A DNA stretch of 64,000 bases, taken from NCBI RefSeq assembly GCF_009914755.1, contig NC_060930.1. One strand, given 5' to 3'. The position numbers and the translations under genes were made by a program. Source of the stretch: the human T2T-CHM13v2.0 reference genome, Homo sapiens. A model generated the notes under the pieces. It was not told where the DNA came from. It saw only the letters and a list, made by a program, of their open reading frames with translations, and ran no database searches. Positions within the stretch are counted from its first letter, which is position 1. The number at the start of each line of letters is the position of its first letter. Of the stretch, positions 47,340 to 64,000 are shown one piece after another.

Positions 47340-49230
47340 CGTGGCAACATTTCCACTCCAACTGAAAACCCCCCGGGGCATATCCTGGCCAACTGGAAGG
47401 CCTGTAAAAATAAGCCTATGACTAGAAAGAAAATTATTTCTTATTATAATACCATCTGGCCTCTGTATAGGCTAGATGATGATGCATATTGGCCTCTGAA
47501 CTGAAGACTTCAATATTGTACCCTATTACAATTGGAGTTCTTCTGTCGGAGGTTTGAGAAATGGGAAGAAATATCTTATGTCCAGGCTTTCATGTTATTG
47601 CATAACCAGGACTCATGTCATGAGAGGTGAGAGCAGATTGCTAACTATACAAAGAGATGAGAAGAAAGCCCGTTTCAAGCCAAACACAGAAATCAGGAAG
47701 AAAAGGATAGTGAGGAGATGGGCCTCTTAAATGCTTTCAATCCCCTTCCTCCAGCCCAAGCCACTTAAGCAGCCACTCCAGCCTAAGCTGCCTCAGTGTC
47801 ACCACTGGAGGCCCTGGACTAGGAATGAGGGGCAACTGCCCTACCTCAATAGAATGAAGGAATTGGAATGTTCTTCCCCTCCAAGACCTGACAGGGCACC
47901 CAATGGGCCTTACTGTGACTAGGGCAGGGCAATATCCAATGAAAGAATACCCACCCAACTACTCATTGGTGGAATAAAACAACAGGGAAGGCTGCTGGAT
48001 ATTGTTGGACTTACAGCCTGTTCTCTGCCTCTGACTTGCTAAATTGGAAAAGCTCCAATCCACCCTTTAGAGATGACCCACAGAAAATAACTAATCTCTT
48101 TGTCTGTATCTTTGCTACCCACCAGCCCCCTTTACAGGCCTTGTTAAACATACTTTTGACTGTGGATGAGAGAAGGCTGGTGATAGATAAGGTAAATAAG
48201 GCGGCTCAGCACCTACATCAGAAAAATTCCAACAGAATTCCCAACCCCAGATGGGCAACTCCATTTGTGGATCTCAACTGGGACCCCAAAAATGGGGATG
48301 TGGCCCAGCTGGATCATTATAAGACATGTATCCTGGAAGGACTTAAAAAGGAGGTGTCAAAACAGAAGAATCTGAATAAAATTCAGGCAGCTATCCAAAA
48401 GAAAAATGAAGACCCATCTGATTTCTTACAGCTCATTTACAAAGCTTACAGTAAATATACAGATATTATATACAGATATAAACTAAGAGGCTCCTAAAAA
48501 TTTGAGAATGATAAACATGACTTTCATTCAACAGAGTGCCTCTGTCCACTAGGGAAACAAGACAGGGCACTGGAATAAAGTCTCTGCATTAGGTTGCTCT
48601 TGCATTGCTATGAAGGAATACCTGAGACTGGGTAATTTATAAAGAAAAGAGGTTTAATTGCCTCATGCTTCCGTATGCTGTACGAGCATGGCACTGACAT
48701 CTGCTTGGCTTCTGGGGAGGCCCCAGGGAGCTTTTACTCACGGCACAAGGTGAAGCAGCAGCAGGCACATCAACACAGTGAAAGCAGGATCAAGAGAGAG
48801 GTGGTAAGTGCCACACACTTTAAACAACCAGATTATGTGAGAGCTCATTCTCTACCACAAGGACAGCACCAAGCCATGAAGGATTCGCTCCCATGACCCA
48901 AGCACCTCCCAATAGGCCCCACTTCCAACACTGTGGATTACATCTCTCTATGAGATTTGGAGGGGACATCCAAGCCATATCACTCTCCCAGCTACTTGAT
49001 ATTGCCTTCAGCGTACACAATGCCAGGGAAACTAAAAGGCTAAAGCCAGCCACAATATATTTGAAAACTTTGGAGAAAAACTCATGCCAGCCAAAAGAGG
49101 GGAGATGAGGTGGTCAGAGCATGGCCTTGGGTAGCAACCAATGTGCCTATTGTAAAGAAGGAGGCCACTGGAGATCTGACTGCCCTAAACTAAAGACAAA
49201 AGAAGGGGTTGCTAAGAATGAAGTTTGAAG
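47340..49230 (+). pseudogene. gag: ERV gag remnant
   Basis: MA-like 'ILANW', 'NTIWPLY', 'TLLQLEFFC', 'KWEEISYVQAF'; CA/MHR 'IQKKNEDPSDFLQLIYKAY'; CCHC zinc knuckle CAYCKEGGHWRSDC at 49142-49183. Confidence 0.85.
48585..48982 (-). mobile_element. MSTA/MSTB-like solo LTR inserted in gag
   Basis: 'tgcattaggttgctcttgcattgctatgaaggaatacctgagactggg' ... 'ggggacatccaagccatatca'; near-TSD GTCTC/CTCTC. Confidence 0.85.
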
Positions 49231-49299
49231 TAGATGGTAGAACAGTCCTATGCTTCCAATAATTAATGGCAGTGCCTCTAAATCTTTCAGAGCCAGTTA

Positions 49300-53120
<3,821 letters not shown>

Positions 53121-53169
53121 GTTTCTTTAAAAGAACCTTGACAATAAGTAGAAACTTCTTTCTTTGCTC

Positions 53170-54890
53170 TCATAATATAAAGCTCTTATTAGTTTTTATC
53201 ATAATAAGTACATTTTTTGTGCTCGCTAAAACTAATAATTTTTTGCTGTAGTAGGCACAGCACTATGCACAGTTTACAACAAGAAAATTTGCTGAATATG
53301 TGGTCAATAACCCTTTTCCAACAACTCTGGTCTGCCTTAGTAGGTTTTACCTATGCAGGGAAATGACTGGCAGTATCTGAAAACATTCATTAAAATTCTG
53401 AAACAATATGCCAGGCACTGTAGCTCACGCTTATAATCCCAGCACTTTGGGAGGACAAGATGGGAAAATTGCTTGAGCCCCAGAGTTCAAGTGCAGCCTA
53501 CACAACATGGCAAGGCCCCGTCTCTACAAAAAAAATTTAAAAATTAGCCAGGCAAGGTGGTGCATGCCAGCTGTTGTCCCAGCTACTCAGGAACCTAAGG
53601 CAGGAGCCTAAGGCTCTCTGAGCCAGGGAGGCTGAGATTTTAGTGAGCTATAGTCATACCACCGCACTTCAGCCTAGGTGACAGAGTGAGACCCTGACTC
53701 AAAAAAACAAAAATTTTTAAACAATAGGGTGGTGTGATGGCTTACACAACCAGGAGCAATGTGATCAATTGGCCAATTAATAAAACTCTCAGTGATTCCA
53801 GACATGGGAAGCCTTTCTCAATGAATATCACATAAGAATATGTGAACAGCTATAACCAATCTGCAACTAAGTCCTAAGATAAAATCTAGCAATTCTCACT
53901 GTAAAGAAGTTTTTCTTCATATTTGAGATGGTTTCATTTTGTTGACATCAACTGCAGGGCAGTTGAGTCAAGTAGCTCCTCTATACTGGAAGCATCAAAA
54001 TGACACCTGTGACTCATCACCCAATCTTATTTGAATACTGAGCTTGATTTCCCAAGAACACTGTCAGCATATCATAATTTTGCAAGCCACAGATTTGTTT
54101 GCCACAGATTGGTCTCAGTGTTCCGGCTTAAACTGGTATTAGTCCAACAGCACTGAATGGCTGTATGGCCCTAATATCTCACTTTGCTTGCCATTGGAAT
54201 GACTAGGACAATGTACTTTAGGTTTCCCATGGGTGCAAGGGCAATGGAGAAAGTACAATCAAAAACTTGCTAATCCCCCACACCTAATTAAGACACGGAC
54301 TAGATCCATTTTTCACTGGTATGACTATTTGGCTTCAATCCTTATGCCATTAGCAGGATTGAAGATGTCATCCAATATGTAGAAACCCTTGCAAATTATA
54401 CCCAGTGGGTTATCAATGACAGCCTCCAAAGTATCTCCTTAGTAAACTCTGGGATGACCTACATGCAAGAAGCTGTTCTGAAGAACTGCATGGCTTTGGA
54501 TATCTTTGCTGCACGAAGGGGACCTTGTGTCTTGTGCCATTATTAAAACTGAATATTGCGTATATATTCCAGGTAAGTAAGGGAATATTTCTATCCTTCT
54601 AGGATATGCACAAACGGATTAATGCTATGTCTGACCTTATGATGTCACTAGACCAATGGCTATCTTATTTGTTTGGGCCAGGAACTTCTTGGTGGAAAAA
54701 GCTGCTCATAATTCTAGCGATGATTTTAGGAATAGGTGTGCTTCTTTGCTGGGGATTATATATTGCCATACATTCTGTATGAATGTGAGGGCTCTTGAGC
54801 CCTCCAACAGATCTCTCCTATAAGTCCAGGTATTCAGGAATATTTTCAAATCCACGTAGACTGGTTACATTCCCTGAACATCTCCATCAA
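53170..54890 (+). pseudogene. env: ERV env remnant (gamma-type SU/TM)
   Basis: CWIC-like 'C*ICG' at ~53290; basic cleavage-like KTRTR|SIFHWYD at ~54290; immunosuppressive-domain-like VLKNCMALDI at ~54475; CX6CC-like CAIIKTEYCVYIP; hydrophobic TM at ~54700. Confidence 0.8.
53409..53709 (+). mobile_element. AluJ inserted in env
   Basis: J-type diagnostics 'attgcttgagcccc' and 'gtgagaccctg'; CpG-depleted; 17-bp TSD with 2 mismatches at 53392-53408 and 53710-53726. Confidence 0.88.
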
Positions 54891-55967
54891 GGAGGAAGTA
54901 GCTAGATTGAATACATTACCCACCTTCTAAAGAAATAAAATGGAAGTTGACAGTGGAGAGTTGTAATTGAGTGGCTTGACTTTAAAATGCATTTTAAAAA
55001 TTATTTTTCCTTCTCTCTAATCTTAGCCTTCAAATGTACTTTGAAACTGTTTCTCTCCTTTCTCACCAGGCACTCCCTTGCACTGCATTCACATATCTAA
55101 TTACGTGCTTGCTTAGACATTCCAGGAGCTAATCTTGAAATAAAACAGGCAGGAAGAGCCAGCAGCAGAATTCTCCCCATCTAAGGGTTACCCATAGCAA
55201 TTAATCTACAACCTGGCCATTGTCAAGATGGTGCCAGCCCACATTCCAGGTGGACAATTGCCTACAATAGCCATCAGAACCAGACACAGAGACCCTATAC
55301 CCTGCTCCACACCTGCATACCTCTCATGCCAAGTTTCTCTTCTGAAACTCGCTTACCTACAGTTTTGAAATGGCTTTTGGAGGTATGAGCCCAGCCATTT
55401 CCCAACTTCCAGCATTTGAATAATGTTGCTTTCCCTTCACCACACTTCACTTCTTGTATTTTGGATTTCCAGTGATGAGCAGCTGGACTTGAGTTCAGTT
55501 ACATTTCTATTTCTGGCTCAGACCTCTCCCCACCTTCTTTCACTGACATCTCAAATTGAACATGCTTCAAACTTAACTCTTGATATTGCTCCCCAGAATC
55601 TGTTCTGCCCACAGTGTTCTCCATTTAATTTATGAAACATCATCCTTCCTGTTGTTCCAACCAAAAACACTGAAACCATTCTTTACTCTTTTATTTTTCT
55701 CAATTATCACATCAAATTAATCAGGAAATCTTTTTGATTATTTTAAAAAACATATCCAAAATGGACCACTTATCACCTCTGTTGCCACTAGCCTGACGTG
55801 AGTGGCCAGTATCAGTCTTGTCGACATCACTTTAGTAGCCTCTTAACTGATACGTATGACTATATTTTTGCCACCCTCCACACCCTCATCACCATACTCC
55901 CATAGAGTCTATTCTTGACACAGCAGCCAGGTTCCTGTATAAAAACATTTCATATGGTAAAGATGGC

Positions 55968-58254
55968 TGTATTAGTTTCTTTTCATGCTGCTGATAAAGA
56001 CATACCTGAGACTGGGCAATTTACAAAAGAAAGAGTTTTAATGGACTCACAGTTCCACGTGGCTAGGGAGGCCTCACAATCATGGCAGAAGGCAAAAGGC
56101 ACTTTTTCCATGGCAGCAGCAAGAGAAAGAATGAGAGCCAAGTGAAACAGGTTTCCCCCTATCAAACCATCAGATCTCATGAGACATATTCACTAGCAGG
56201 AGAACAGTATGGGAGAATCCTCCCACATGATTCAATTATCTCCTCATGGGGCCATCCCTCAATACGTGAGAATTACGGGAGTACAATTTAAGATGTTATT
56301 TGGGTGGGGACACAGCCAAACCATATGATTCTGCCTCTGGCCCCTCCCAAATCTCGTGTCCTCACATTTCAAAACCAATCATGCCTTTCCAACAGTCCCC
56401 CAAAGTCTTAACTCATTTCAGCATTAACTTAAAAGTCCACGGTCCAAAGTCTCATCTGAAACAAGGCAAGTCCCTTCTGCCTATGAGCTGTAAAATCAAA
56501 AGCAAGTTAGTTACTTCCTAGATACAATGGGGGTACAGGCATTGGGTAAACACACCAGTTCCAAATGGGAGAAATTGGCCAAGACAAAGGGACTACAGGC
56601 CCCATGCAAGTCCAAAATCCAGCGGGGCAGTCAAATCTTAATGCTCCAAAATGATCTTCTTTGACTCCACGTCTCACATTCAGGTCACACTGATGCAAGA
56701 GGTGGGCTCCCATGGTCTTGAGCAGCTCTGCCTCTGTGGCTTTACAGGGTATAGCCTCCTTCCTGGCTGCTTTCACAGGCTGGTGTTGAGTGTCTGCAGC
56801 TTTTCCAGGCACGCGATGCAAGCTGTCAGTGGATCTACCATTCTGGGGTCTAGAGGATGGTGGCCCTCTTCTCACAGCTCCACTAGGCAGTGCCCCAGTA
56901 GAGACTCTGTGTGGGAGCTCTGACCCCACATTTCCCTTCTGCACTGCCCTAGCACAGGTTCTCCATGAGAGCCCTGCCCCTGTGGCAAACTTCTGCCTGA
57001 ACATCCAGGCATTTCCATACATCCTCTGAAATCTAGGCGGAGGTTCCCAAACCTCAATTCTTGACTTCTGTGCACCTGCAGGCTCAACATCATATGGAAG
57101 CTGCAAGGCTTGGTGCTTGAACCCTCTGACATCATGGCCCCAGCTATACCTTGGCCACTTTTAGACTGGAGTGGCTGGGATAAAGGCATCAAGTCCCTGT
57201 ACTGCACATAGCACAGAGACCCTGGGCCAGGTCCAGGAAATGACTTTTCCCTCCTATTTTCCAGGCCTGTGATGGAAAGGGCTGCAGTGAAGACCTCTAA
57301 TATGTCCTGGAGACTTTTTCCCCATTGTCTTGGGGATTAACATTCAGCTTCTTGTTACTTATGCAAATTTCTGCTGCTGGCTTGAATTTCTGCTCAGAAA
57401 ATGGTATTTTCTTTTCTATTGCATAGTCAGGCTGCAAATTTTCCAAACTTTTATACTCTGCTTCCTTTATAAACCTGAATGCTTTTAACAGCACCCAAGT
57501 CACATCTTGAATCCTTTGATGCTTAGAACTTTCTTCTACTGCATACCCAAATCATCTCTCTCAAATTCAACTTCCAGAAATCTAGGGCAGGGGCAAAATG
57601 CCACCAGTCTCTTTGCTAAAACATAACAAGTGTCACATTTGCTCCAGTTCCCAACAAGTTCCTCGTCTCCATCTGAGACGACCTCAGCCTTGACCTTATT
57701 GTTCCTATCACTATCAGCATATTGGTCAAGGCCATTCAACAAGTCTCTAGGAAGTTCCAAACTTTCCCACATTTTCCCATCATCTTCTGAGCCCTCCAAA
57801 CTGTTCCAGCCTCTGTCTGTTACCCAGTTCCAAAGTTGTTTCCACATTTTCGGGTATCTTTTCAGCAGCACCCCACTGTACTGGTACCAGTTTACTGTAT
57901 TAGTCTGCTTTCACTCTGGTGATGAAGACATACCTGAGACTGGGCAATTTACAAAAGAAAGAGATTTAATGGACTTACAGGCTAGGGAGGCCTCATAATC
58001 GTGGTGGAAGGCAAAAGGTACTTCTTACATGATGGTGGCAAGACAGAGAATGAGAGCTGGGCAAAACAGACTTCAGATTTCCCATTATCAAACCATCAGA
58101 TCTCATGAGACTTATTCATGACCATGAGAACAGTATGAGAAAAACCACCCCCATGATTCAATTGTCTCCCACAGGGTCCCTCCCACAACACATGGGAATT
58201 ATGGGAATACAATTCAAAATGAGATTTGAGTGAGGATACAGCCAACCCATATCA
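55968..58254 (-). mobile_element. Full-length THE1B-like MaLR element (LTR-int-LTR)
   Basis: LTRs at 55968-56328 and 57896-58254; TSD ATGGC at 55963-55967 and 58255-58259; inserted in an old L1 ORF2 fragment. Confidence 0.92.
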
Positions 58255-58375
58255 ATGGCAATTCTTCACAAAATAATCTATGAATTTAATACAATTTTAG
58301 TTAAAATTTCACATAGTTTATTTATGGAAAGCTTATCAAAAAATTTCATAGAAATATAAAATTCCCAAGAATAGC

Positions 58376-58965
58376 TGTGATGGTTAATATTAGATGTCAA
58401 CTTGATTGGATTGAAGGATGTCTAGATAGCCGGAAAAGTATTGTTTATGGGTGTATCTGTTAGGATTTTGTCAGAGAAGATTGACATTTGAGTCAGTGGA
58501 CTAGGAGAGGGAGACCAACTCTCAATGGGAACTGGAGCAAATTGGTAGGCACCATCCAATCAACTGCTAGCACAGCTAGAACAAAGCAGACAGAAGAAGG
58601 TGGAATAAGCTGGCTTGCTGAGTCTTCTGGCTTTCATCTTTCTCCCATGCTGGCTGCTTCCTTCCTGCCCTTGGACATCAGACTCCAGGTTCTTCTAAAT
58701 TTGAACTCTTGGACTTACGCCAGTGGTTTGTCAAGGGCTCTCGGACCTTTGCCCACAGACTGAAAGCTGCCCTGTTGGCTCCCTGCTGACGAGTCTTTTG
58801 GACTTTGACTATGCCACTACCAGCTTCTTTCTTCCTCAGCTTGCAAGCAGCCTAATGTGGGACTTTACCTTATGATCATATTAGCCAATTCACCCTAATA
58901 AACTCCCTTTTATATATACATATATCCCATTTATGCTGTCCCTCTAGAGAACCCTGACTAATACA
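58376..58965 (+). mobile_element. MLT2B-like (HERV-L) solo LTR
   Basis: 'tgtgatggttaatattagatgtcaacttgattggattgaaggatg' ... 'ctagagaaccctgactaataca'. Confidence 0.88.
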
Positions 58966-59091
58966 GATTTTAGCCATGGAAATCTTGAAGAAAAAGAGAA
59001 AGAGGAAGAGAAGGGGGAGGACCAAGAGGTGGAGGAAAAGTAGGTGGCAGGGGAATGCAGCAATGATTGAGGAGAAAAAAATGGGAAAGAT

Positions 59092-59123
59092 GGAAGGAAG
59101 GAAGGAAGGAAGGAAGGAAGGAA
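59092..59123 (+). repeat. (GGAA)8 microsatellite within a purine-rich tract (~58985-59138)
   Basis: Counted directly. Confidence 0.92.
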
Positions 59124-59139
59124 GGGAGGGAAGGAGGAT

Positions 59140-59446
59140 TGCCAGCCATCATTCCAGAGGTCACAAGATACGCTACTTCCCCAATTACTCCGGCAGAATA
59201 CATCACTATTACAAAACCTAAAATTGGCTTTTGAGATATCTTTTCAGATTTTTTGCATGCCTGATACATATGATGACTCAACCTGGACCCACCCGCTGCT
59301 TCTGAGGCCCCACCCAGGAGTAATTCAGAGCAAAGGAGAATCATTTCCCATACTCCTATGATTGCACCCCCCAACCAAACAGCAACAAGCATCCATTGTC
59401 TAGCCATCCCCACCCCGTTCCACAAACTACCTTTGAAAAACCCCTT
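59140..59446 (+). mobile_element. ERV1 LTR fragment (MER50-like), interrupted by an L1
   Basis: 'ccagaggtcacaagat...cttccccaattactcc', 'cctatgattgcacccccaaccaaacagca', 'aaactacctttgaaaaacccc'. Confidence 0.65.

Positions 59447-64000
<4,554 letters not shown>

Noticed and set aside
56507-57871. 199-aa and other ORFs in THE1 internal regions (also 24127-24600 and 42144-43175)
   Set aside because: These are decayed pieces of the MaLR internal ORF or its antisense, common to thousands of copies; not host genes.

Overview
This window is AT-rich, repeat-dominated primate (almost certainly human) genomic DNA. I found no host exon, RNA gene or CRISPR array that I can support, and nearly all ORFs in the track derive from transposons. 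It holds three sense-strand primate LINE-1s of different ages: a full-length L1PA2-like copy (6781-12800), an L1PA7/8-like copy (29726-36197) and an L1PA3/4-like copy (from ~59447, cut by the window end). It also holds a complete but decayed ~10 kb class I (ERV1) provirus (45474-55503) carrying nested MST, AluJ and AluY insertions, several THE1/MLT MaLR elements, an ERV-L internal remnant, and old L1M/L2/MIR/MER5 debris. The most notable observations are: a tRNA-Met-type primer binding site on the provirus, an essentially unmutated AluYc1-type insertion, an intact antisense ORF0 in an otherwise dead L1, a side-by-side pair of L1s with and without the ~129-bp ZNF93-site segment, and several templated-duplication or hairpin repair scars. 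I do not see evidence for a genuinely new biological system. All subfamily names come from recalled consensus sequences and need Dfam/RepeatMasker confirmation.
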